Below are positions 41,711-50,655 of a stretch of DNA of 50,655 nt, in pieces. The position numbers and the translations under genes are program-made. The notes beneath the pieces were generated by a model. That model did no database searches and had not been told where the DNA came from. It was given only the letters and a program-made list of their open reading frames with translations. The stretch's first letter is position 1, and each line of letters starts with the position of its first letter. This DNA is from a virus (lineage: Duplodnaviria > Caudoviricetes): positions 1 to 50,655 of the IMG/VR virus record IMGVR_UViG_3300025595_000005; one strand, given 5' to 3'.

Positions 41711-42196
41711 ATGAACCTTTTTGTAGCTAATACTTCAACTCAACCTTATGTTTTTAATTGGACTCTCCCAGAGAGCCTAAAGATTTTTAATATGCCGATT
41801 GCCGCTGGCGGTCAGGCTCAAGTTTTGCGTGATGTAAGTGAAGATGTTTTTCACTATGTCGTTGAACACCATAGACGTTATGGGATGCTCACAGTCTCTG
41901 AGGCCAAAAAGGCTGGTAAGGGATCTGACAAAGTCGTCCTTGTTTATAGTGATAAGCCGTTACCTATCGATGTTTTCAGTCTGGCTGAAGAAGTCAACGA
42001 AGACATTGTAGCCAATCAGATCCAGCGTTCTAAAGAAGAGACTGCCTATGGCATGATCAAGACCTTTGAGCAAGATCCTGAATTGAGCCGTGGCATTGAG
42101 GCTGTCGAACTGGAAATTATCGAAGATGTGCCAAAGGAAAATGACCGTAAGGACAAGCCTTTGGTTCGCCAGAAGTTCTCAAGCAAACAGGGGTAG
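41711..42196 (+). CDS. Head-associated hypothetical protein
   Basis: MNLFVAN..Q..F; position after MCP. Confidence 0.6.
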   Translation: MNLFVANTSTQPYVFNWTLPESLKIFNMPIAAGGQAQVLRDVSEDVFHYVVEHHRRYGMLTVSEAKKAGKGSDKVVLVYSDKPLPIDVFSLAEEVNEDIVANQIQRSKEETAYGMIKTFEQDPELSRGIEAVELEIIEDVPKENDRKDKPLVRQKFSSKQG

Positions 42197-42199
42197 TTG

Positions 42200-42661
42200 A
42201 TGGAAGGGCCAACACTGTCGGGATATGTATCGTTCATTAGGAACATCATGGGGATCAATACCACGATCCTGCCTGACAGTAGCCCTACCATTGAGTTTTC
42301 TTACAATTTTGCTATCAATATCTGTACCGATCTCTTGTCGATAATTCCGCAGATACCAGGGCAATTCCTGTATATCACTGCGGTTTATAATCTGGCTGGT
42401 GACACTCTTCTGACATACGGAATTGATCAGACTGGCCAGACTTTCTTCAAGCAGGCTCAACAGAAATATCAGCTAAATACTTTTGTTTCCGGCGTTGTTA
42501 CCTTCGCCGGAGATGAGGGTACTCAGACCAGCCTAACGGTTCCTGAGGCTATGAAGCATCTTACCATTGGTAATCTTCAGAATCTTAAGACCCCTTATGG
42601 CCGCACTTATTTACAAATTGCACAGGACTTCGGATCACTCAGTTTGCTGGGTATAGCATGA
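42200..42661 (+). CDS. Head-tail adaptor (DUF4054-like)
   Basis: AVYNLAG, G.V....DEGT, L.TPYGR.YL motifs. Confidence 0.7.
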   Translation: MEGPTLSGYVSFIRNIMGINTTILPDSSPTIEFSYNFAINICTDLLSIIPQIPGQFLYITAVYNLAGDTLLTYGIDQTGQTFFKQAQQKYQLNTFVSGVVTFAGDEGTQTSLTVPEAMKHLTIGNLQNLKTPYGRTYLQIAQDFGSLSLLGIA

Positions 42662-43053
42662 AACTTGTATTTGGTGTTCAGCCAACAAGTTACCTTGAAG
42701 GTGATCAGGTTTCTGAGGTCGCTCATTTTCTTGAAAAAAGATACAAGGTTATGGAAACCTTTGTCGATATGTATGAAGAACTTGTTGGTGATCAAGTAGC
42801 TAAAGCATTTGTGTCTAAGCTTGAGAATAATCCTGATAAAGCTAAAAAAGACATTCGCTTTTTGGCCAAAGAATTTAAGGAAAGCATCGAAAATAAACGA
42901 TTCGATGGTATGCAGCCTATGATCCCTACAAGGGCTTCACTGGAAGGCAAAAAATGGCGTAAGAGCAGTCCTAATCGTGGCCCTAATCGTCCCTCTTTCT
43001 TAGATACAGGCACTTACAAGGACGCTATGGATGTGGAGTTAAGTGATGCCTAA
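42658..43053 (+). CDS. Neck/tail-completion protein
   Basis: RPSFLDTG.Y motif. Confidence 0.65.
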   Translation: MKLVFGVQPTSYLEGDQVSEVAHFLEKRYKVMETFVDMYEELVGDQVAKAFVSKLENNPDKAKKDIRFLAKEFKESIENKRFDGMQPMIPTRASLEGKKWRKSSPNRGPNRPSFLDTGTYKDAMDVELSDA

Positions 43054-43966
43054 TCTAGACCTAGATGGCAACTTTCCAAACAACCAGCTAGAGGGAACTC
43101 TAAGGGCTGGTCTTCAGGCTATCAGCCACAATCAGCTTATTACGTTTGTTATGTACAAGCGTGTTGTGCTGCCATTTGATGGCTATGTATTTTGGATACG
43201 CGATCTCTTGACTGATCCGATTGATGTATTTGGTTCATTCCATTACCAAACTGATCAGAAACAGGAAATGGATTACAACAAAGCGTATCAAAATATTACG
43301 TTTACCACTCCGACTCAGATCAATAACTTTAATGAAGTTAATCCTGATTCATTATGGATTGGTCAGCACACCAATTTTGAATATGCGTTTTCAAGTCATG
43401 GAAACTATTATGAACAAGCTAATCTCTGGCATTACAGGGGTCAGGCTGTTTATCCTGAAATGCGGACTCAGATCCTTAATGATTATCAGGATTTACCGCA
43501 AGCAGCGATTGTTTCCAATAGTTTGCCAATATGGATTTCACTAAATAATTATGCGCCAGTGTATCCATCGTTTTTGGTTCCAGAGAACCTGACGCCACCT
43601 TATATTGTCTGTCATGTAGATGCAGGCTCAACTTCCCAGCTTCAGCCAATTCCGTTAGTTCAAGACGGAGAAACATGGCAGCTTATGAAAGACAAAGTGA
43701 AGCTAGTTATCTATGGATTTGATAACAGAACTGTGCAAAACTACTTGCAATATATTGTTAGGGCATCTATGGAGGGTGCTTTTGGCATTATGAAGGTAGG
43801 TTTTACGGTTCGGGATGGCAAGCATATTCAGTCTGAAGTAAACGTGCTTGCACAACAAAAGTTTGTTGAATTAGAAGTTTCATACAATCAGTCAGCCGTA
43901 TATGACACTATTCAACAATATATCCTAAAGGTCTTACCTTTCCCTGTTACTTATAATGTTCCATAG
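43046..43966 (+). CDS. Head-closure/tail-terminator-like protein
   Basis: VLPFDGYVFW, YYEQANLWHY, VYPSFLVP.NL.PPY; position before the sheath. Confidence 0.6.
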   Translation: MPNLDLDGNFPNNQLEGTLRAGLQAISHNQLITFVMYKRVVLPFDGYVFWIRDLLTDPIDVFGSFHYQTDQKQEMDYNKAYQNITFTTPTQINNFNEVNPDSLWIGQHTNFEYAFSSHGNYYEQANLWHYRGQAVYPEMRTQILNDYQDLPQAAIVSNSLPIWISLNNYAPVYPSFLVPENLTPPYIVCHVDAGSTSQLQPIPLVQDGETWQLMKDKVKLVIYGFDNRTVQNYLQYIVRASMEGAFGIMKVGFTVRDGKHIQSEVNVLAQQKFVELEVSYNQSAVYDTIQQYILKVLPFPVTYNVP

Positions 43967-43977
43967 GAGTTACGAAA

Positions 43978-44277
43978 ATGCCACAAGGTCCATTTCAAAC
44001 TGTTTCACTTGCTGTCGCTAATAAGCGCACACTAAACATCACTGCAAATACCGTAGTTAAAGCTACCCCAGGTTTTGCTGTTCGCGTTAGCGTTGTTGTT
44101 GCTGGCTCTGCTGCTGGCACTATTCATGATGCAGCTACTGTTGCTGCTGCTGTTACTGCAAACGTGATTGCTGCAATTCCTGCTACTGCTGGTACTTACT
44201 CTATTGAGTTCCCAACCACTAGTGGCATTGTTGTTAAACCTGGTAGTGGTCAAACTATCGCCGTTTCCTTTAATTAA
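43978..44277 (+). CDS. Small virion protein
   Basis: 99 aa Ala/Val/Thr-rich beta protein; SD AGGAG. Confidence 0.6.
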   Translation: MPQGPFQTVSLAVANKRTLNITANTVVKATPGFAVRVSVVVAGSAAGTIHDAATVAAAVTANVIAAIPATAGTYSIEFPTTSGIVVKPGSGQTIAVSFN

Positions 44278-44290
44278 GAGGTTATAAACA

Positions 44291-45700
44291 ATGGCTGCCA
44301 ACCTTTACTACAACCGAATCGTTCAACTGAACGTATCGGAAACGGTTGCCCCTGAACCCAATCGATTGCAGCAAACTGCAGCCGTTGTTTCTATGGGCGG
44401 CACTACTATTCCTTCTGGGACTACAGCATTTATTTCATCTGCTGCTGATCTTGATACTTATGCTTGCCCTCACTATGATATTAGCAATGCATCATGGGGC
44501 GCTGGAACCGCTACTTTAACGACAACCAACCCACACGGGATTCCGGTTGGTCAGACAACGCAATTGCAAGTATATGATTGTGTTCCAGCGGCATACAATG
44601 GATTGTTTACTGCAACTTCCGTTTCTACCACTCAATTAAGTTATAGCATTGCCTCAAATCCTGGCACTATGACTGTATTTGGTGCATTAGAAACAGGCCC
44701 TCAAATTTGGCTTGAAGCATTCAATGCTGAATGGTGGGAGCAAGGCAATAGCAATACTGGTTATTATATTTATGAGACTGGTACGGCTGTTACTGCCAAT
44801 GTTTATACTTCAGTACAAACATATATTAATAGTAACCCACAGACTATTTATAATTGGCAATTCCTGCCAGGGATGGATAGTGATTATGCAAATGGTCATG
44901 CTTTCTTCCTTGCGAACAATACTTTAACTTCTTTGGTTAAGTTTTATTTGCCAGTAACTTCAACAACTTATACGTTGTGGAATACTTCAAATACGCTTAG
45001 AAACACTTTTGTTATGCTTCAGTCTCCTGCTGCAACTACTGCGGTTGAATCGACTGAACTTGATGTGACTGCCTTCGTTCATTACATGACGGCATTTGTT
45101 CCATCTCCAACTAACAAGCTTCCACCATCTCAGTACACTTATCTGAATGGCGTTACTGCTTTCACTCCTCTTACTCAGACCAACATCAACAATTTCCTTG
45201 CTGGGAACATTAATTTTGTTGCTACTGGTGCTGAGGGTGGAATTAGCAATACGATCCTTGTTCCTGGCAAAAACCTGAATGGAACTCCTGCTAACGTGGC
45301 TTACAGTGTTGACTGGGTTCAGATCAATCTTAATACGGATCTTTCTGCTGCTGTCATTAATGGAAGCAACAATCCAGAAGCACCGCTTTACTACAATCAG
45401 GATGGTATTAACTTCCTGCAACAGGTTGCGGTCACTACGGCTAATCGTGCGATCTCTTCTGGTCTGGCTCTTGGTCAGGTTATTGTTACGGCGCTGGATG
45501 GTGATACGTTTGCAAATAATGTCAGCAAAGGCTTATATGCGGGCAGCTTCGTTATCAACGCAGTTCCATTTACGACTTATGTAGCATCACAGCCCAGTGA
45601 TTATGCAAATGGTCTGTATGGCGGCTTTAGCGCATCCTATACACCACAGTACGGGTTTGAGACGATTGTCTTCAACCTGAACGTCACTCAGTTCGCGTAA
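44291..45700 (+). CDS. Contractile tail sheath (DUF3383-like)
   Basis: YSVDWVQ, PLYYNQDGI..L and terminal FETIVFNLNV motifs. Confidence 0.85.
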   Translation: MAANLYYNRIVQLNVSETVAPEPNRLQQTAAVVSMGGTTIPSGTTAFISSAADLDTYACPHYDISNASWGAGTATLTTTNPHGIPVGQTTQLQVYDCVPAAYNGLFTATSVSTTQLSYSIASNPGTMTVFGALETGPQIWLEAFNAEWWEQGNSNTGYYIYETGTAVTANVYTSVQTYINSNPQTIYNWQFLPGMDSDYANGHAFFLANNTLTSLVKFYLPVTSTTYTLWNTSNTLRNTFVMLQSPAATTAVESTELDVTAFVHYMTAFVPSPTNKLPPSQYTYLNGVTAFTPLTQTNINNFLAGNINFVATGAEGGISNTILVPGKNLNGTPANVAYSVDWVQINLNTDLSAAVINGSNNPEAPLYYNQDGINFLQQVAVTTANRAISSGLALGQVIVTALDGDTFANNVSKGLYAGSFVINAVPFTTYVASQPSDYANGLYGGFSASYTPQYGFETIVFNLNVTQFA

Positions 45701-45712
45701 TAGAGGAATATC

Positions 45713-46159
45713 ATGGCTACCAATCCAAACCTGATTCCCTCTAACCTTAATCGGATTAGAGGAACCGTTCTGGTCCCAGGCAATGCGACCTTGAACATTA
45801 CCGCCCCGTATCTTGGCAAAGAAGGTATTACGATCTCACCACAGTCCGCTGTAGTGACTCAGATGCAAGGCATGACCACTGTTGTTAACTCTGAAGAACC
45901 CTATCAGATTGTTCAGGTTACAGCGGCTGTTATGAAGTCTCTTGCTTTGTCAGCAGCTTATATTGATCAGATTAAGAACTCTCCTACCTTGGGTACGGTT
46001 ACCGTCACTCCTGATACGACTGTTCTTGCTCCATTCACGCTGTACAACGTGGCAATTGTTAACTGGGGACAGATGAGCATGGCAGGCGTACAGCCTGACT
46101 TTGTTGTCACGTTCCAAGGCTTGCTCCCGATTTCCAACGATCTCTGGAGCCTGCTGTAA
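45713..46159 (+). CDS. Tail tube protein
   Basis: 148 aa directly after the sheath. Confidence 0.75.
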   Translation: MATNPNLIPSNLNRIRGTVLVPGNATLNITAPYLGKEGITISPQSAVVTQMQGMTTVVNSEEPYQIVQVTAAVMKSLALSAAYIDQIKNSPTLGTVTVTPDTTVLAPFTLYNVAIVNWGQMSMAGVQPDFVVTFQGLLPISNDLWSLL

Positions 46160-46165
46160 CCGAAT

Positions 46166-46243
46166 AGAGCCAGATAGGGTCATCCCCGAAACATAGTCTC
46201 CCTGCTATTTTCTGGCTCTTCTTTACAGGGTTCAATACGGGAG
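46166..46243 (+). ncRNA. C4-antisense-like three-way-junction RNA element
   Basis: Closing stem AGAGCCAGA/TCTGGCTCT, GGG-TCATC-CCC-GAAA arm, ATAG-TCTCCCTG-CTAT arm whose loop complements downstream CAGGG and GGGAG. Confidence 0.5.
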
Positions 46244-46249
46244 TTGAAA

Positions 46250-46777
46250 ATGAAGATTGATAAAAACCTTAATATTGTCATGCGTCTTACAGACGAAGAC
46301 GGTAACCCAGTAATCATTCACCACACGCCTCTTCAAAGCTTGGTGTTTGAGTCTAACTGGAAGATTTTTAGAGAAGCCTATGACGATCTGTCTACGGCTA
46401 AATCAATGGCTGCATCTGCGGTACTGGCTAAAAGGATCTTTCTGGAAGCAGGAGAAACTCTGGGCAAATCAGATGAAGCTAGGGATATTTTGAACCAGAT
46501 TGCTGGTGCTACTTTCATCTATCAGACGGAAGCACAGTTGCTTGATCAAGCTAAGATTTCTGACGAACTGAAGGAGGAGATCCTCTCAAGGTTGGTTTTT
46601 TTCATATGCTATCGGCTTCATGTGTTCCCCTCCATGCTGAAGGGCTGGCTTACCACGATGAAAGCTGCATTGAATTTGGAACTTACATCACAGACTGCTA
46701 TGGTGTCATTCAATTCATCGACGACATCGATCACGGCAGAACCTATTGGCAATACGGAACCTTCATTGCCGATTTGA
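46250..46777 (+). CDS. Tail assembly chaperone (G-like)
   Basis: Between tube and tape measure; slippery T TTT TTC at 46597-46603. Confidence 0.7.
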   Translation: MKIDKNLNIVMRLTDEDGNPVIIHHTPLQSLVFESNWKIFREAYDDLSTAKSMAASAVLAKRIFLEAGETLGKSDEARDILNQIAGATFIYQTEAQLLDQAKISDELKEEILSRLVFFICYRLHVFPSMLKGWLTTMKAALNLELTSQTAMVSFNSSTTSITAEPIGNTEPSLPI

Positions 46778-46872
46778 TGGAAGCGGTACGGACGTTCCAC
46801 TTTAAGGAAATCTTTGAGTGGGAGTGTGTAGCAGAATTCAGGAATAGATATGGCAATAGAAGCGATTATTGA
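46597..46872 (+). CDS. Putative -1 frameshift extension of the chaperone (GT-like)
   Basis: -1 frame is open 46564-46872 and overlaps the tape measure start. Confidence 0.5.
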   Translation, partial: FFHMLSASCVPLHAEGLAYHDESCIEFGTYITDCYGVIQFIDDIDHGRTYWQYGTFIADLMEAVRTFHFKEIFEWECVAEFRNRYGNRSDY

Positions 46873-48859
46873 GTTAGAAATTGAGGGCCTTGATAAGCTA
46901 TCAGCTTTAGAGGCAAGACTTGATGCAATACGCAATAATCCGCTAAATGCTGGATTTGGTGGTGGCGGCTCACAACCGCCCTCATCAAGCACTCCGTCTT
47001 CTGCTGGTGGCGGCAATTTCAATGCCCAGTTCAACGCACAGTTTAATCAAGCAAATCAAAGCTTTAGTACTCTGAACAGAAACCTGAATATTCTTAATCA
47101 GGTGACTATGAATTACACCATAAGCCAAAGAAGGCTTACGGACCAGATCAGGACCCAGACCAATCTCTTGGGAGATTTTGGTAAAGGTTTAACAAATATC
47201 ACAAGAAGCCTTTGGGGTCTTGGCGCACACACAGCCAAGGTAGTCACTGGTTTCACTAAGCTTGGAGCCTTGTTCACTGGCACAGGAATGTTGGCTGGAC
47301 TAGCTTATCTGATTAACTCTTCTAAGCAGATCACAGAACGATCTTTTGGCGCTAATGCTTACGGTGTTAACCCTAATGATGTATCGCGCCTCAGTGCGAC
47401 TTATGGACGGCTTGCTAATGTAGAATCAGTCCTTGGTTCTGTCACTGAGCAGGCCAATGCGCCATTCTCAATGCTGTACACCCAAATGGGTATGACTCAG
47501 CAGCAAGCGCAAATGATGTCTCCTGAGCAACGATTCAGAAGGGTCATGCAACAAGGCAGACAGGCTGCTATGAGTCCTTATGGGGCTAGTGAGTTATCTC
47601 TCCAGCAGTATGGACTTCAAGGCACTTTGAGCGTTGAAGATTTGGCCAGAATGAAGAACATGTCTCAAAGAGATTGGGAAAGCATTGGCCAGACTGCTGA
47701 ACAATATAAAGGTCAGACACAGTTACGCGAACCTGGGGCATGGCAAGAGTTTGGAATGAAGCGTTCGTTGGGAATGCAAAGCCTTGAGGCAACCGCACAG
47801 AACTTGTTGACTCCGCTATTGGCTCCTCTTAACAAGATCTTTACTACTGTGTTTGATAAGGTTCTTGGCCCTAATGTAGATCGAAAAGTTAATATCTTCA
47901 CAAAGACTATTGATCTTGCAAGAACTGCTCTTGAAAAGCTAAATGAGATTCTTGGCGCAGATAGTTGGCAAGACTTTTGGGGAAGAGTCTGGAAAGCGGC
48001 TAAAGACTTTTGGGAGTTCTTAAAGCCTGAGGCTGAGAAAGCGTTTCAGTCTATTGGCACATGGTTTAAGGAAGATTTTCCATCAATGGCTAGAGAAGCC
48101 TTTGACCGTCTTGGAAGTTACATTGATGAGCATTTCCCTCAATTGGCTGAAACTACCGATCATGTTGTTGCGAACCTTAGGATTTTGGGTACGGTAATTG
48201 ACTCATTGGGTAGCTTACTTTCTAGGCTTGGAATCATTCCTGCTGCTCAAGCGACTAGCAATGTTAATCCAACTGGACCTGGATTTGGTGGTACGCAAAG
48301 TACAGGATCAAATGTTAACAACATAGGTAATTTCCCATTTAGGCCAGAGATTATGGCTGCGGCTCATGCTCACAATCTTAATCCTGCTTTAGTTGCCGCT
48401 GTTGTTGAGCAAGAATCAAGCTTTAGACCAAATGCATTGGGAAGCCAAACTAGATATGGCAAGGCCGGGGGGTTGATGCAACTTCTTCCAATGACGGCAC
48501 AAAGATTTGGTGTTCGGGATCGATTTGATCCAGGTCAGAACACAATGGGTGGCGCTGCTTATCTTGAATTCCTTATGAACAGATATGGCAATGATGAAAG
48601 CCGTGCTGTTGCTGGTTTTTATGCTGGCGAAGGTAATGTAGATAAAGCTAGAGGCCAAGTTCCTAAATATGCCAGAAGCTATGTTGACCAAGTTCTAGAA
48701 AGGAAGAGAAGGATTGAGGGTGGCATGGGCCGTTCGACAGCATCTGGTACGACCTATAGCAATGCTCAAGTAAGAGTTAACGTAAACAATAACAGTTCTG
48801 CTCAAGCTGAAATTCAAGTCAGCAGAATGGGTGGCGCATCTAATACGACCAACCAATGA
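46850..48859 (+). CDS. Tape measure protein with C-terminal lytic transglycosylase (SLT) domain
   Basis: Helical repeats followed by EQESSF, GLMQL, FDP.QN, FYAGEGNV. Confidence 0.9.
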   Translation: MAIEAIIELEIEGLDKLSALEARLDAIRNNPLNAGFGGGGSQPPSSSTPSSAGGGNFNAQFNAQFNQANQSFSTLNRNLNILNQVTMNYTISQRRLTDQIRTQTNLLGDFGKGLTNITRSLWGLGAHTAKVVTGFTKLGALFTGTGMLAGLAYLINSSKQITERSFGANAYGVNPNDVSRLSATYGRLANVESVLGSVTEQANAPFSMLYTQMGMTQQQAQMMSPEQRFRRVMQQGRQAAMSPYGASELSLQQYGLQGTLSVEDLARMKNMSQRDWESIGQTAEQYKGQTQLREPGAWQEFGMKRSLGMQSLEATAQNLLTPLLAPLNKIFTTVFDKVLGPNVDRKVNIFTKTIDLARTALEKLNEILGADSWQDFWGRVWKAAKDFWEFLKPEAEKAFQSIGTWFKEDFPSMAREAFDRLGSYIDEHFPQLAETTDHVVANLRILGTVIDSLGSLLSRLGIIPAAQATSNVNPTGPGFGGTQSTGSNVNNIGNFPFRPEIMAAAHAHNLNPALVAAVVEQESSFRPNALGSQTRYGKAGGLMQLLPMTAQRFGVRDRFDPGQNTMGGAAYLEFLMNRYGNDESRAVAGFYAGEGNVDKARGQVPKYARSYVDQVLERKRRIEGGMGRSTASGTTYSNAQVRVNVNNNSSAQAEIQVSRMGGASNTTNQ

Positions 48860-50001
48860 GATATTACAAGATCGAATTCAGCAACCCATTAGGCGGCTAT
48901 CCTGCCAATGTTCCTGCTGTGTTTGAGTCTCATCCCAACGGCATTTACAACCCTGGTTGTCTTGAGATTCAGTTTGATATTGCTAATGTTTATGGAAACA
49001 TGTCGATCCCAGCGACTAGCCTTAGAATTCACAACGTCCCTGTTGAGTTGGTAAAAAACGCACGTTCCTACAATGGAATGAACGTCACCATCAGTGGTGG
49101 ATTTAAACCAGCCAGTCCTGATTATCAAAGCAGGATGCCCTTAGAAAAGCCCACATTGTCTGGAATTTTAGGTCAAGGTGTCGTCAATACTTGTTTCGGT
49201 AATTGGCTTGGCACTGATCTTGTTCTTGATTTCCTGATTTGGCCATCTCCAGTTTTAGGGTCAAATGATCTTGTGCGATCACCCGCAAACGGGTCTGGCA
49301 CTGTTTATCAATACAATTTCGATTGGACCTCTGGATCATTGCTGAATGCTTTGACAAAGATGTTTAATAGCATTGGACTACAGATGGTCCCTAATCTAAA
49401 GATTGATCCTATCTTTGATAATCCTCCAGGCGCTGGATTTAAGACCAGCTATACCACTTTTGGTGAGATGGCTAATGGAATTTTAGGCATTAGCATTGAC
49501 ATTAAAGATCCTCCTACCTATTCCAGAAGCGCCAACAAAGGCGTCTATCAGGAATACAGGGGTGTCTGGGTAGGTTTTAAAGGTCCTAACATTCTTGTCT
49601 ATGATGGGACACAAAAAATAGGCGCTGTTCAGCTTCAAGATGATGAGTTCATTGGTCAGCCAACATGGGTTAGTTCTGACGGTATTGTTCAGTCTGTACA
49701 CCCTATGAGAAACGACATTTTGCTTGGATATGAAATACAATATCCAAAGAATATACCGACAATTATTGGGCCACAGTATTCTCCTGCTGGTAGGGAATAC
49801 TCATTGAATGCTTCCTCATCAACCCTTAGAGTTCAACAAGTTAGACATGTTGGCCAGTTTAGGGGAACATCAGCAACAAGCTGGGCCACATATGTAAATG
49901 CGGGATCGGCCATTAGGATTGCACCCAACAATCCAAAAGCTGGATCAAACGTAAAGATAGGGACATACGATTACACTCCTGACCAAATTGGTTACAAATG
50001 A
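48856..50001 (+). CDS. Baseplate hub-like protein
   Basis: MRYYKI, IQFDI, GNWLGTD..LD, IGQPTW, VRHVGQFR..W.T motifs. Confidence 0.7.
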   Translation: MRYYKIEFSNPLGGYPANVPAVFESHPNGIYNPGCLEIQFDIANVYGNMSIPATSLRIHNVPVELVKNARSYNGMNVTISGGFKPASPDYQSRMPLEKPTLSGILGQGVVNTCFGNWLGTDLVLDFLIWPSPVLGSNDLVRSPANGSGTVYQYNFDWTSGSLLNALTKMFNSIGLQMVPNLKIDPIFDNPPGAGFKTSYTTFGEMANGILGISIDIKDPPTYSRSANKGVYQEYRGVWVGFKGPNILVYDGTQKIGAVQLQDDEFIGQPTWVSSDGIVQSVHPMRNDILLGYEIQYPKNIPTIIGPQYSPAGREYSLNASSSTLRVQQVRHVGQFRGTSATSWATYVNAGSAIRIAPNNPKAGSNVKIGTYDYTPDQIGYK

Positions 50002-50618
50002 ATCCTATAAGCGCAGCCTTTACACTATCTTATGAAATCAGTCCCATCATTCTGACGAATGGGCTGGCTTCATTTAGCCCACTGGGTTTGCCGCTTGTTG
50101 CGATAACAGAAGCGTTATCAACAGCTTACACAACTAACCCCTTTCAATTGATTAGTGGCCAAGGGATCACAATCCCTAGTCAGCCATTTTTCACTTGGCG
50201 TCCATTGCCTGGGTCTACCCTTTGGAAGTCTGAAGTTGCTGAATTTCCTTTCTACACGAATAGGATCGCTGCCAATTCACAGCTTCAACAGCCATTGAAT
50301 ATATCAATGTTGGGTCATTGCCCCGCTGGTAAAGACAGCCCTTTCGGCGTCAAGATTGCCACGATGACGGCACTTCAATCGGTGATTCAGAATCATATTA
50401 ATGCTGGCGGTACTTTTACTGTGCTAACACCAAGCTATATCTACACTGATTGCCTCCTGACCAGCATGACAGACGTTTCTACGGGCGAAACCAATCAGGC
50501 TCAAGTGACATGGCAACTAGATTTTACGCAGCCTCTCATCACGTTTCCCAGCGGACTTGGCGCTTTGAATGATGTCATGACAACTTTAACAGATGGCGCT
50601 ACGAAGGTGCTTCCATGA
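49998..50618 (+). CDS. Baseplate/tail-tube initiator-like protein (its 3' end recurs at 1-163)
   Basis: EISPIIL..G, H...GGTFTVLTPSYIY..CLL, WQLDF.QPLI. Confidence 0.65.
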   Translation: MNPISAAFTLSYEISPIILTNGLASFSPLGLPLVAITEALSTAYTTNPFQLISGQGITIPSQPFFTWRPLPGSTLWKSEVAEFPFYTNRIAANSQLQQPLNISMLGHCPAGKDSPFGVKIATMTALQSVIQNHINAGGTFTVLTPSYIYTDCLLTSMTDVSTGETNQAQVTWQLDFTQPLITFPSGLGALNDVMTTLTDGATKVLP

Positions 50619-50655
50619 ACTACAGCATACCTCCTTCCATAAGCCAGTCACTAAC
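50456..50655. repeat. Terminal direct repeat, right copy
   Basis: Matches 1-200 with one substitution. Confidence 0.95.

Overview
The window is an essentially complete, circularly permuted ~50.46 kb tailed-phage genome. Positions 1-200 recur at 50456-50655 with one substitution. The morphogenesis module is myovirus-type and resembles Bcep781/OP2-like phages: terminases, portal, head protease/scaffold, major capsid, sheath, tube, chaperone, tape measure with a lytic transglycosylase domain, baseplate and tail fibre. It is followed by a lysis cassette (M15 peptidase, endonuclease VII, holin-like genes). A ~12.5 kb accessory block then carries two giant Thr-rich collagen-like proteins, a Gly-rich protein, a sulfotransferase, a GT-B glycosyltransferase and a SAM methyltransferase. 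The middle holds a leftward recombination/nucleotide arm (exonuclease, ERF-like annealase, ThyX, tRNA-Gln), a rightward helicase/MTase/Nin-like/MazG arm and a leftward early arm. I recognise no integrase, polymerase or primase. The most unusual signals are (1) a ~480-nt hand-foldable multi-branched RNA-like element upstream of the terminase genes, (2) a second ~400-nt structured non-coding element upstream of the helicase arm, and (3) the collagen plus glycosyl/sulfo/methyl-transferase block, which may be a virion surface-decoration system. All calls come from motif reading and manual base-pairing. No database search or folding program was run.
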